From the IMG/VR virus record IMGVR_UViG_3300049930_000025, positions 1 to 36,598 of that record: a stretch of 36,598 nt of DNA. The stretch is one strand, 5' to 3'. Made by a program: the position numbers and the translations under genes. The DNA comes from a virus. Lineage: Duplodnaviria; Caudoviricetes. Positions 17,287 through 26,206 of this stretch are shown piece after piece (position 1 is the first letter of the stretch; each line of letters starts with the position of its first letter). The notes below the pieces were generated by a model. The model saw nothing but the letters and a program-made list of their open reading frames with translations, had not been told where the DNA came from and did not search any database.

Positions 17287-17628
17287 TTAGAGGACTTGGA
17301 CGGTGAACGTGGCGCCGAGGACGCCATCGGGCGGAAAGATCTGGTAGCCGGAGGACTTGACGACCTGGACGTTGCTGACGAGGCCGTCGAGGGTCCGGTC
17401 GGCCTCCAGCCGCTGCTTGATCGAGGTGTCGTCGTCGGGGTCCAGGAGACGGTCGAGGGACTCGGCGACGGCCTCGCTCTCGGCAGAGCCAACGCGGACC
17501 CGGACCATGTACTGGGCCTTGTCGAAGCCCCGGTCGGTGGCGTAGTCGACAGGGGCCGGCGTCACGCGCACGTCGAGGCCGTCGAGCAGTGCGGCGAGCG
17601 CACGGCGCACGGCGGTAGGTGAAGCCAT
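17287..17628 (-). CDS. Tail terminator-like protein (second type)
   Basis: LDRLLDP..SIKQRLEADRTLDGLV...GATFTVQV; SD GGAGGT. Confidence 0.6.
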   Translation of the reverse strand: MASPTAVRRALAALLDGLDVRVTPAPVDYATDRGFDKAQYMVRVRVGSAESEAVAESLDRLLDPDDDTSIKQRLEADRTLDGLVSNVQVVKSSGYQIFPPDGVLGATFTVQVL

Positions 17629-17659
17629 ACGTGACCTCCCGTCGGTCTACGATGAGCAG

Positions 17660-17917
17660 ATGGATCCGTTCACGACGAGCAACGCCGAGGTCTCCGTCGA
17701 CGGCAAGAAGGTCGAGGTCGCCAGTGTCACGATTCGCGCACAAGCGCCGGAGGAAGACGCTCAAGCGAAGCGCGTGAGCGACGCGCTACTACACCTGGGG
17801 TGCCCTCAGTGCAAGATCGTCCCGCTCGGTGCCCCGCACATCTGCAACTACGGCGTGACGCCCCCGGTCGACGAGTTCGAACTGACCGTCGAGGGCGAGT
17901 TCCGCATCGTCGACTAG
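17660..17917 (+). CDS. Hypothetical CxxC...HxC protein, antisense moron
   Basis: Leaderless TACGAT-N6-ATG; fills the gap; stop overlaps the converging stop in CTAG. Confidence 0.7.
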   Translation: MDPFTTSNAEVSVDGKKVEVASVTIRAQAPEEDAQAKRVSDALLHLGCPQCKIVPLGAPHICNYGVTPPVDEFELTVEGEFRIVD

Positions 17918-18336
17918 GAGGGGTCGGTGTCGATGCGGTAGATCGCGCCGACGTGGCTGTAGCGGTCCGGGCCGCTGGTCTCCGGGTAGTCGATGTCACT
18001 CGCCCGGCGGCAGTACAGAAGCACGGTGTCAGCAATCACGAGCGGCGCGTCATGCAGCAGCTCGTCCGCGCGATCCGCTGCCTGCTCTGCTGGTGAGGCT
18101 GAGCCGCCGACGCACACCGCTTTGACCATCCATCGCTCTCGCTGGAGATGGTCTTCGCGGCGGCTGCCGAAGGTCCAGTAGGGGTTCCCGGTCTGCTTGC
18201 TCAGGATGATGTAGGGGGACTTGGTGTTCGCCGGTGCGACCTGGTGGTAGATCGCTCCCGGTGTCCCGAGCAAGCCCTGCAGGGGGGCGTCGCTGTGGAG
18301 GCGCTCGTAGATCGCGGCGCGCAACGTGGCGGCCAT
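17914..18336 (-). CDS. Tail completion/terminator protein (DUF3168-like)
   Basis: AIYERLHSD..L...IY..AP....PYIIL motif; follows the gp10-like gene. Confidence 0.8.
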   Translation of the reverse strand: MAATLRAAIYERLHSDAPLQGLLGTPGAIYHQVAPANTKSPYIILSKQTGNPYWTFGSRREDHLQRERWMVKAVCVGGSASPAEQAADRADELLHDAPLVIADTVLLYCRRASDIDYPETSGPDRYSHVGAIYRIDTDPS

Positions 18337-18345
18337 GAGGGCCTC

Positions 18346-18735
18346 CTAGTCGAAGAGGTGTGCGACGGCCGCCTCGAACCCCGGGCGGGCATCCTCAGCA
18401 GCGGGAGCAAGAAACGGCTTGGCGCCGATCGTGTACTCCGTGGTGACGTCCAAGCCCTCAGACGTTTCGATCGCACGGGCGGGGTGGTGGGAGCCGTGCT
18501 CGACCATGATCCCGTACTCCGCACCGACGATCACCTCACCGGACAGGTCATCGGTCGGGGTCCACGCAACGCTGTTCAGCATGTTGCCGGTGTCGACCGA
18601 CTGGTTGGAGACGATCCGCTCCTTCGCCCCGGCCTCGATCTCCAGGCCGGCCTTGGCGACGACCATCGGGGCCATGGTGTTGGCGTTGCGGATGATCTCC
18701 GGGATCCGGGAGGTGAGCACGACCTTCGAGCCCAT
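18346..18735 (-). CDS. HK97 gp10-like neck protein
   Basis: VDTGNMLNS, EYGIMVEHG and AKPFLAPA motifs. Confidence 0.85.
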   Translation of the reverse strand: MGSKVVLTSRIPEIIRNANTMAPMVVAKAGLEIEAGAKERIVSNQSVDTGNMLNSVAWTPTDDLSGEVIVGAEYGIMVEHGSHHPARAIETSEGLDVTTEYTIGAKPFLAPAAEDARPGFEAAVAHLFD

Positions 18736-19106
18736 CAGGCGACCGGCCGGACTTCGACGTGACGGGAGAGCTCCCATGCCCCGCCCGCACCGACGACGAG
18801 CGCTTGGTAGAAGATGGTGCCGATGAGGATCCGGTCGCCTTGCTGGACATCGGCACCGGCGCTGAAGGTGACGATGTGGGTGGTTGTGTCGTTCAGACGA
18901 TCACCCGCCTTCCCGGTCCCGGAGGTGCCCGACCTAGCTGGCGTCAGCCGACACGGAACACCGGTCGCGACGTCGGGCCACGTGGTGCTCTGACCACCAC
19001 CGCCATCGGACGCGTCCATAGCGCGCTGGATGGTGCAGGTGTCGGGAAGCATGGTCGCGAGATCAGCGCGCGCGGCTGCGATCTCCGCCGGGGTCACAGC
19101 GGCCAT
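18735..19106 (-). CDS. Head closure / head-tail adaptor
   Basis: LPDTCTIQR..SDGGGG...VPCRL...DVQQGDRI. Confidence 0.8.
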   Translation of the reverse strand: MAAVTPAEIAAARADLATMLPDTCTIQRAMDASDGGGGQSTTWPDVATGVPCRLTPARSGTSGTGKAGDRLNDTTTHIVTFSAGADVQQGDRILIGTIFYQALVVGAGGAWELSRHVEVRPVA

Positions 19107-19118
19107 GCCGGACTTCGC

Positions 19119-19424
19119 CTAGTCCTCGTCGTCGGGGTCGTGCATGTTGACGGGCTCGCCGACCTCGGCGGTGAACTGGGCGATGGCGACTTGGCCGACG
19201 TCGCGGTTCTCGTCGGTGTTCTCGTGGCCGGGGTTGGCGTGTCCGGCGAGGTGGACGGTGAAGCGCTTGGATTCGTCGCCGAAGGCGCCGCTGCGCACCA
19301 TCGCGGCGGCGGCGGTGCGCAGGGCCTCGAACTGGTCGAAGGCGTTGTCGGTCTCGTCGTTGGTCGGTTCGAAGGCGTCGATGTCGTCAGCGTCGACGTC
19401 GACCAGGGTTGCGGTCCAGCTCAT
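19119..19424 (-). CDS. Hypothetical acidic protein
   Basis: SD AAGGAG before MSWTAT; LAGHANPGH motif. Confidence 0.7.
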   Translation of the reverse strand: MSWTATLVDVDADDIDAFEPTNDETDNAFDQFEALRTAAAAMVRSGAFGDESKRFTVHLAGHANPGHENTDENRDVGQVAIAQFTAEVGEPVNMHDPDDED

Positions 19425-19443
19425 GAGGTCAGGCTCCTTGGGT

Positions 19444-21051
19444 CTAGACGCCGATGACGACGTAGTCAAACGAGTAGGCGGTCGAGACCGCAGGGGCGAC
19501 GCCGGCGCGCAGTGAGAAGCCGGTGGTGGCCTTCGTCACGAAGATCTGCCCTGCGTTCAGCAGGGCGGCCGAGACAGCGTCGTTGGGGAAGAGCATCACC
19601 TTCGGTGCGGCCGAGAACGCGCCGCCGAAGGTGACCGCGACCATCTGGCCTGCCACCACGGTCGACCCGGTGGTGAACGTGATCGTCCCGGCGGTGTCCT
19701 TGCCCACCGAGGAGGACACGACACCGCCCGTTCCGATCTGAGAGCCAACCGCAAACGAGGGGGCCGCCCCGCCCGTGATGATGTGGCCGAAGCGGTCGAC
19801 CTTGAACAGGTCGCCGTAGGCCTGGTCGAACAGCCGCAGCATCTCGCGGGTGTCGCCTGCGATCGTCCGCATCCGCCACAGCGGGCCGACCCCGGTTTCG
19901 AGGCTGTCGACGGTCGGGGTGAAGGAGCCGTCGTTGACGCGCTCACGGAACGCGGTGGTGACCGGCGGCGTGCCGATGTGACCAACGGTGGTCCGGGAGG
20001 GCGTGACGCCGGAGTAGTAGAAGGTGTCGACGTCGATGCGGCAGTGACCACCGACGTAGGTGAGATCGGCCGACCCACCACCGCAGTTCTCCACGCGCCC
20101 TTCGAAGACGACGCCGTCGGCCGGCGCCCCGGAGTGACCGAACACAACACCTCGGGCGGTGGCGGTGTTCACGCCGCCGCTGTAGAGGTGCGCGCCACGG
20201 ACCTGGACCTGGTCAACATCGATCCACAACTGGGCTGACGTGCCGCCTTCGATGATCGGGTCCTGCATCCGAACACCGGAGGAGGCGATGATGACGCCGT
20301 AGGTGCTGTAGCCGCCCCACGCGTGGAGCCGGCCGAACTGCGTGCCGTTGGCCCGGCCGCTGCTGTCGGGAACCCACAGCTGGCTTTGGGAGCCGCCGTT
20401 GAGCATGTTGTTCTGGAAGAGGAACCAGCGGTCGCCGACCTGCGTGTCGTGCGGGCCACGGAACTCCCAGCCCTCCCGGTCGCAGGAGTGGATGATGAAG
20501 CGGTCCATCGTGGCCGGCATCGAGTTCTCCATGCCCGTCGACACCGACTGCGTGGAGTGCTGGGTGAAGAGGCCACGGCTCTTGGCGTTGCGGATCACGG
20601 AGCCGTCCATGTCGAACGCGAAGCCGTAGAGGCTCACCAGCGCGTCGGCGATCAGCGAAGGCTGGTTGGCCTTGTTGCCGTCAAAGACGATGTCGCGGAT
20701 GCCGAAGTCGTGCGGGACGCCGCCGGCGGTCGCGTTGTCGGTGAGCGTCAGCGCGTCGAAGTTCCGGGTCTTCCACAGCGGCACGCCGGAGTTGTCGGCA
20801 AGCTTGATCACCGTCCCGCGCCCGTGACCGGTAGGCACCGTGTAGGTGTCCTGGAAGATCGTCCCCGCCGAGACGATCACGCCTGGCGGGAGGACACCCT
20901 TGTGACCCGGTCCGGCGTCGCGTAGGGCGTTCTGGAAGTTCTGCAGCCGGGTGGCGTTGTCGGTGCCGTCGGCGCGGATGCCGTAGTCGCGGTAGCCGTC
21001 GACCACTGTGCCGCCGTTGCTTCCCACCGGGATGCGCAGGGGTACGTTCAC
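19444..21051 (-). CDS. Pectin-lyase-fold (beta-helix) spike/depolymerase-like virion protein
   Basis: DYGIRADG.DNATRLQ entry motif, IKLAD and IVFDGNKANQ; small beta-sandwich C-terminus. Confidence 0.75.
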   Translation of the reverse strand: MNVPLRIPVGSNGGTVVDGYRDYGIRADGTDNATRLQNFQNALRDAGPGHKGVLPPGVIVSAGTIFQDTYTVPTGHGRGTVIKLADNSGVPLWKTRNFDALTLTDNATAGGVPHDFGIRDIVFDGNKANQPSLIADALVSLYGFAFDMDGSVIRNAKSRGLFTQHSTQSVSTGMENSMPATMDRFIIHSCDREGWEFRGPHDTQVGDRWFLFQNNMLNGGSQSQLWVPDSSGRANGTQFGRLHAWGGYSTYGVIIASSGVRMQDPIIEGGTSAQLWIDVDQVQVRGAHLYSGGVNTATARGVVFGHSGAPADGVVFEGRVENCGGGSADLTYVGGHCRIDVDTFYYSGVTPSRTTVGHIGTPPVTTAFRERVNDGSFTPTVDSLETGVGPLWRMRTIAGDTREMLRLFDQAYGDLFKVDRFGHIITGGAAPSFAVGSQIGTGGVVSSSVGKDTAGTITFTTGSTVVAGQMVAVTFGGAFSAAPKVMLFPNDAVSAALLNAGQIFVTKATTGFSLRAGVAPAVSTAYSFDYVVIGV

Positions 21052-21740
21052 GAGATGCCTCCCACATAGAGGTCAGACGGGGTGCCGCCTGGTCCGAGCA
21101 CGACAGCGATCTGGTTGGGCCCGAGGTCGGTCGGGGCGACAGCAGCGACGCGGATATCAGCGGCCGAAATCCCGCCGGTAACGTAGATGTCGACGATCGC
21201 CCCGGTGACGATCTGGGCGTACACCGACCCGGGCGGCAGGTCGGATGGCACGGTGGACCCTGAGGTGACCGGCGTGCCCGAGGCCGGTGCCGACGATGAC
21301 GGGGTCAGGTACAGGCCACCGTCCAGCGTCGCCCACAGCGATCCTGACGGCAGATCGACCGGCATGTTGCCGCTCTCAGAGACGATCGTGCCGCGCTCGA
21401 AGCCGCCGCGTCCCAATCCCGTTGCGGCAACCTGGGTGTTCGCAGCGTCGCTGTAGGCGATGACTGCAAGACCGTCGGCGGGGTCGGCGAAGAACGGGGC
21501 GGGGAACGGTCCGGCGAGCCGCTGGGCACCCGCCGGGATGGTCACGATGACGTCGTCGGTGGCCTCGTCGAGCACCTTGGCCTGGGCTTGCACGGTGACG
21601 GTGAGCGAGCTACCGCCGGTGTTCTTGAGGTGTAGGAGAACGTCGGCGCCAGGGGTGAACAGGTCCCCGCCCACCGAGGCGGTGGCGTAGGCGAGCCCTA
21701 CGCCCGCAGGGGTGATCGGCTGCATAGCGAGCGTGGCCAT
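21048..21740 (-). CDS. Virion protein: paralog domain plus three short P.DL.PG repeats
   Basis: TGATG and GTGA coupling; similarity to 16933..17274. Confidence 0.75.
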   Translation of the reverse strand: MATLAMQPITPAGVGLAYATASVGGDLFTPGADVLLHLKNTGGSSLTVTVQAQAKVLDEATDDVIVTIPAGAQRLAGPFPAPFFADPADGLAVIAYSDAANTQVAATGLGRGGFERGTIVSESGNMPVDLPSGSLWATLDGGLYLTPSSSAPASGTPVTSGSTVPSDLPPGSVYAQIVTGAIVDIYVTGGISAADIRVAAVAPTDLGPNQIAVVLGPGGTPSDLYVGGIS

Positions 21741-22180
21741 CAATCGCCGCTTTCGGTCTGAGCTGGGCGGTCGTACTCCACGGTGGCGGGGCCGACGATC
21801 GCGTTGTCGGTGAGCGTGACCAGCAGGCGTGAGATGCGGTCGACGAGTTGCTCTTCCGCGTGGAGGCGCTCAGCTTCGACCTGCTCGAACGCGACCTGCG
21901 GGAGGTAAGGCTCGACGCGGTCCACCGTGGTGCGCCATGGGCGCGTGAGTGCGTGCAGCAGCTCGTGCGCCACGGTCACCTGCACCTCGGCGTCGTCACG
22001 GCTGAGGCACTCGTCGGTGAAGTGGATGCTGATCCGGGTGTAGTCCTCGTCGGTCTGCGAGGTCGCGAGGCAGTTCCCGTGGTGGTCGGGTGGCAGGGCG
22101 TCCATCAGGACGACGCGCCACTCCGGGATGAGTCGCTGGCGCCAGAGCTCGACGAAGACAGCAAGCTCGGTGCGGGTCAT
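21740..22180 (-). CDS. HExxH zinc-metallopeptidase-like protein
   Basis: TVAHELLH with downstream EEQLV; ATGA coupling. Confidence 0.7.
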   Translation of the reverse strand: MTRTELAVFVELWRQRLIPEWRVVLMDALPPDHHGNCLATSQTDEDYTRISIHFTDECLSRDDAEVQVTVAHELLHALTRPWRTTVDRVEPYLPQVAFEQVEAERLHAEEQLVDRISRLLVTLTDNAIVGPATVEYDRPAQTESGD

Positions 22181-22518
22181 GGTGCCTCCGGTCCGACGTG
22201 GCTGGCGAGACGGTTGGTGACCATCGGGACCGAGCCCGGCATCCCTTGGTTCTTGAGCGTCTCGGCCAGCGTCGTGTAGCTCTCGGCCATGCGGCTGTAG
22301 TCGCGCTTGACCGTGTCGCCGCCGGAGCTGAGCGTGAGGGTTGCTCGGCGCGAGAATCGCGCCGCGAGCGCCTTGCAGCACTCGATCGCGGCAAGGCGGA
22401 CGTCGGCGCCTGCGATCGTCAGGAAGGCGTCGAGCTCTTCGTCGTTGAAGAGCTGGTCGTTGACGTCGGTGTCGCTGATCTGGAGGCGGAGTAGGGCGCG
22501 GGGTTCGATGATCGCCAC
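22177..22518 (-). CDS. Head-tail connector (gp6/gp15-like)
   Basis: LRLQISDTD...LFNDEELDAFL...AAIECCKALAARF; GTG start with GGAGG. Confidence 0.8.
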   Translation of the reverse strand: MAIIEPRALLRLQISDTDVNDQLFNDEELDAFLTIAGADVRLAAIECCKALAARFSRRATLTLSSGGDTVKRDYSRMAESYTTLAETLKNQGMPGSVPMVTNRLASHVGPEAP

Positions 22519-22520
22519 GG

Positions 22521-22940
22521 TCAAGCCTCCTTCGATGCTGTGGTGGTAATGCGATGACCGGCGAGCGCGAGCCGCATACCGGCGGCCGAGCGGTCGTCGG
22601 GCTCGTTGAGCGGCCATCCGGAGCGCTCGAAGGCCTGGAGGTACGCGGAGAGGAACGGCTGATCACCGCGGAGCGGTGGCTCAACCGACTCGGCATCCCA
22701 CCAGCCCGTCGCATGCAGGACGCGGCTGGCCGCGTCGATGTCTTCGGCCAGGAGGCGCTTGAGCCCGTCTTGCTTATGGGTGCGGACTGCGGAGGGGCTG
22801 AGGCCGAGCGCGTGAGCGACCTCTGTGATCGAGCTGCCGGAGGCCAGGAACTTGATGACGAGGTACTGGCGACCGGTGAGGGGGCAGTCGTGGGGAACCT
22901 CCGCCGCTGCGTGCCCCTCCCGGGCTGGGAGGGGCACCAC
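22521..22940 (-). CDS. LuxR-type HTH protein
   Basis: PLTGRQYLVIKFLASGSSITEVAHALGLSPSAVRTH matches the LuxR C-terminal consensus. Confidence 0.8.
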   Translation of the reverse strand: MVPLPAREGHAAAEVPHDCPLTGRQYLVIKFLASGSSITEVAHALGLSPSAVRTHKQDGLKRLLAEDIDAASRVLHATGWWDAESVEPPLRGDQPFLSAYLQAFERSGWPLNEPDDRSAAGMRLALAGHRITTTASKEA

Positions 22941-22943
22941 GGA

Positions 22944-23327
22944 CTACGGCTTGAGGTAGCGGACGTACACCGTGAACCGGCCGGCGGTCAGCGCCTGCAC
23001 GGCCACGGTGGCGGTGATCTGCCGACGTGCGGTCGTGGTGACCGGTGCCGTGGTCGCGGTCAGCGTGGCGCGCTTAGCACCTGCCGTTGACCACGGGGCA
23101 CCGGAGATCACGGCGGCGGTCAACAGATCCGCCGCGGACTCGACACCGAGCGCGATCGTTGCGGTGTCGTTGGCCGAATCCCCCGGGGTGGTGACCCGAA
23201 TGAGCGTGTCGATGATGACCGCGCCCTTCGGGATCCAGTCCCCGCTCAGCACGTGCGGGCCGACGCCGGCACCGTTCGCGGCGCTGTCGTAGCGGGCACG
23301 TGCCCATGCGACGCGGTCGGCTCTCAT
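22944..23327 (-). CDS. Probable capsid decoration protein
   Basis: Beta-rich; IPKGAVII...LTAGRFTVYVRY; ATGA coupling. Confidence 0.6.
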   Translation of the reverse strand: MRADRVAWARARYDSAANGAGVGPHVLSGDWIPKGAVIIDTLIRVTTPGDSANDTATIALGVESAADLLTAAVISGAPWSTAGAKRATLTATTAPVTTTARRQITATVAVQALTAGRFTVYVRYLKP

Positions 23328-23689
23328 GGCGTCTCCTGAGCCGTGATCCACTCGTCGAGCCCATCGCGACGGACGCTCGAACCGTCGGGCAGCTCGAACC
23401 AGCCACCGCCCTTGGCGGTCACGCCATCAGGCAGCTCCTCGGTCTTCTCGTCGCCGTCGCCGCCGCTGGTGTCAGCCTCGTTGCGCTCGGCCTCCAGGGT
23501 GGCGATGCGCTCGCGCGCCGCCTCCAGCTCACGGCGCGTCTCGTCGCCGCCGGCGGTCTCGACCTCCGAGCCGGCGAGGCGCCAATCCGGGTCCTTGAAG
23601 AGCACCGTGTACAGCTCGGTGTCCTTGTAGGCGCCCATCCGCTGCTCGCCGTCGATATGCACGAACTCCTGGGTGTCCATGCTCATCAC
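23324..23689 (-). CDS. Hypothetical capsid-adjacent protein
   Basis: Coupled to the capsid stop; coiled coil plus KGGGWFELPDG motif. Confidence 0.7.
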   Translation of the reverse strand: MMSMDTQEFVHIDGEQRMGAYKDTELYTVLFKDPDWRLAGSEVETAGGDETRRELEAARERIATLEAERNEADTSGGDGDEKTEELPDGVTAKGGGWFELPDGSSVRRDGLDEWITAQETP

Positions 23690-24582
23690 CCGGCCACGTG
23701 GCCCTGCACGAGGGTCTCGGGCTCCAGCACCTTGGCGCCGTAGACCTCCAGGCCCTTGATGCCGTCACCGAACTGGTTCTGGATCCGGTAGGCCTCGATC
23801 TTGGCGAGCTGGTTGGCGAACGTCGTCGCGTAGTTGCCCGCCCCGCCGATCATCTTGTGGTTGGCGACCGGGGAGCCACCCGACCCCGGGGAGGACGGGG
23901 TGCCGGTGGTGCGCAGGATGTCGAACCCTGCGACGCGGCCGATGGTGCCGTTGCGGACCACGGTGGCGTCACCGATGCCGGCGGCGCCCTCGGTGAACTT
24001 CGGGTCCTGCAGGAACTCGGCCTCCAGGTCGGTGCTGATCGCCAACCACAGCGAGTCCAGCGGCGCGTCCCGGGAGGCGAGCAGGCGCCGCATCTCCACC
24101 GTGAACTGGTAGGGCGTGTAGTCCCCGGTGCCGTCGGCCTTGATGACGACGGGGGAGACGTCGGTGCCGATCTGGTTGGTGGTCGCGGCGGTGGCCATCG
24201 TGGCGCCGAGGAACGCGTCGATCGTCTGAGCCATCTTGACCCCGGCGCGGGTGGAGAAGCCGTCGAGCAGCTTCGGCCGGGTCTGGGCGTCGTCGACGTC
24301 GTCGATCGCGACGTTGAAGTACTTGGTCTGGTCGACGATCAGCGCCTTGGTGGTGCCGTCCGGGCGCTCCGGGGCGTCCATGTCGGTGTTGACCACGTAG
24401 TTCTTGATCGTGGGGTCACCGAGCTTGTTGATGTGGACGGTGTCGCCCGCTTCGGCGATGTCGCCCTCCCAGTCGCGGTTGCAGACCTGCGGCTGGCCGT
24501 AGGTCAGGACGCGGTCGAGGTGGCGCTGAAGGCGCGCAGACCAGATTTCGGGCTTGAAGATGTCAATGGACAAGGCGTCCAT
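23686..24582 (-). CDS. Major capsid protein (P22-coat-like HK97 fold)
   Basis: FKPEIWS, NRDWEGDI..AGDTVHI, DQTKYF..DDVD and GLEVYGAKVL; SD AAGGAG. Confidence 0.92.
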   Translation of the reverse strand: MDALSIDIFKPEIWSARLQRHLDRVLTYGQPQVCNRDWEGDIAEAGDTVHINKLGDPTIKNYVVNTDMDAPERPDGTTKALIVDQTKYFNVAIDDVDDAQTRPKLLDGFSTRAGVKMAQTIDAFLGATMATAATTNQIGTDVSPVVIKADGTGDYTPYQFTVEMRRLLASRDAPLDSLWLAISTDLEAEFLQDPKFTEGAAGIGDATVVRNGTIGRVAGFDILRTTGTPSSPGSGGSPVANHKMIGGAGNYATTFANQLAKIEAYRIQNQFGDGIKGLEVYGAKVLEPETLVQGHVAG

Positions 24583-24710
24583 CTCCTTTTGGCTGGTGGA
24601 TTCGTGGGGGTGAACCCGTCCGGCCTCTTGGCCTGCGGGGGCGGTGCGCGCCTTGTCGCACCTGGGGGAGAAGAGGGGGTTGTGCGGCGGCGCCTTGGCC
24701 GCCGCACAGG

Positions 24711-25013
24711 TCAGCTTGTGTGCTGGTGCTCGACGAGCGTCAGCAGCCGATCGCGGACGGTGACCGCGTCGGTGAGATGCGCTGCCTGGGCCGATGAGGG
24801 CGGTTGCAGATCGCTCGCCTCTGCGACGAGCGCCGCGATCCAGTCGTTGGGCAGTACCAGCGACGGCGCCGGTAGCTCGGCCTCAGACGAGACGCGCTCC
24901 GGTGACAGCGGCGCCTCGGGCCGGTCGACCTCGATCATCCCGTCGGGAGCGCGCTGGTAGAACCAGACGTTGACCCCGAACGCTTGCCAGACCGGCTCGA
25001 TCTTGACCTTCAT
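24711..25013 (-). CDS. Hypothetical protein between scaffold and capsid
   Basis: ATGA coupling with the scaffold stop. Confidence 0.7.
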   Translation of the reverse strand: MKVKIEPVWQAFGVNVWFYQRAPDGMIEVDRPEAPLSPERVSSEAELPAPSLVLPNDWIAALVAEASDLQPPSSAQAAHLTDAVTVRDRLLTLVEHQHTS

Positions 25014-25756
25014 CGCAGGGCGGCTTCGGGGATCTCGCCCGCCTCGAACATCCGATGCCACTCGTCGGGGTTCTCGCGCAGGAGCTTGCCGGACATCTCT
25101 GCGGTCATCGCACCCTTGCCGCGCTTGCGATCGGCGTTGCCGCCGGGGGGCTCAGGCTTCGGATCAGGTTCCGGGTCGGGCTCGGCGAGCTTGAACTCGG
25201 GGAAGTCCTTGAAGAACGCCTCCACGGCCTCGTCGGCCCCGGAGACGTCCTCGCCGTCGACGGTGATGTCGTCGCGCTCGACGAGCTTGACCGCACGCCG
25301 CAGCCGCTTGGGGTCGACGCCCTGCTCGAGCAACTCGTCACGGACCGCAGCGTCGACTCGCAGGGCGGTAGCGGTGCGGCGGGCGTTGTCGGCCTCGACG
25401 CGGGCATCGTCGCGCTCCTTGACGGTCTTCTCTTGCTCGGAGAGCTTGGCGTCCTCCATCTCCTTGACCTTGAGCTCGGCGGCCTTGGCGCGATCGACGG
25501 CGGCCTTCTCGGTGGCGCGTTGCTTCTCGATGGTGCGCCGGGCGCGCTCCTCATCCCACTTGACGGGATCGGGATCCGGGTCGGGCTCGGGCGGGGTCGG
25601 CTCGGGCGGTACCGGGGGCGTCGGCGCCGGGGTGGGCTCCGGTGGCGTCGGCGGGTCTTCGCCGCCCACGAGAAGCGGAAGCCAGCGGTCCAGGTGGGGG
25701 TAGTACCAGCCGTTGATGCCGTTACGGGCCTGCCGTAGGGCGCGGTGGTGGGTCAT
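25010..25756 (-). CDS. Capsid scaffolding protein
   Basis: Pro-rich linker and charged coiled coil (KLSEQEK); SD AAGGAGGT. Confidence 0.85.
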   Translation of the reverse strand: MTHHRALRQARNGINGWYYPHLDRWLPLLVGGEDPPTPPEPTPAPTPPVPPEPTPPEPDPDPDPVKWDEERARRTIEKQRATEKAAVDRAKAAELKVKEMEDAKLSEQEKTVKERDDARVEADNARRTATALRVDAAVRDELLEQGVDPKRLRRAVKLVERDDITVDGEDVSGADEAVEAFFKDFPEFKLAEPDPEPDPKPEPPGGNADRKRGKGAMTAEMSGKLLRENPDEWHRMFEAGEIPEAALR

Positions 25757-25843
25757 CTGCTCGACCTCCTTGGGTCGGGTAGAGGCCGACGGGCAGCTTG
25801 CCCGTGGCGGGTTGAAGATCTGCGACCGCCGTAGACTCAGCGC

Positions 25844-25945
25844 ATGACCTCGAAGGTGTTCATGGCGTGCCTCAAGGCGGCGGCTTCGGCCGGTGACAGC
25901 GCCGAGCAGGCGATGGCTGCGCTACGTCGGGCAGCTAAGAGCTAG
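25844..25945 (+). CDS. 33-aa peptide MTSKVFMACLKAAASAGDSAEQAMAALRRAAKS (not in ORF track), antisense moron
   Basis: TAGACT-N6-ATG, same geometry as its neighbours. Confidence 0.5.
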   Translation: MTSKVFMACLKAAASAGDSAEQAMAALRRAAKS

Positions 25946-25982
25946 TCGCTGTGGCGGGGTGATGGTCGGCTACGCTGAGCCG

Positions 25983-26171
25983 ATGAACGAGGTGGTCGAG
26001 TCCGTGGCGATCGGCGTCGAAAGGTCCGTCATCGTGCTGAAGGGGTCGCCGGGTCTGCGGCACGAGTTCGTCGACCCGCCCGCGGATCTGCTGCGTGCCG
26101 CGTACGACGTGGTCGGCGAGCTGTGCCCGACCGACCTACGCGACCGCCTGCTCACAGCCTGCCCCTACTAG
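25983..26171 (+). CDS. 62-aa hypothetical protein, antisense moron
   Basis: TACGCT-GAGCCG-ATG; start reassigned to MNEVV. Confidence 0.7.
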   Translation: MNEVVESVAIGVERSVIVLKGSPGLRHEFVDPPADLLRAAYDVVGELCPTDLRDRLLTACPY

Positions 26172-26206
26172 GCGCCGATCGCTGGCGAGTGAGTTACGCT
26201 GAGCCG

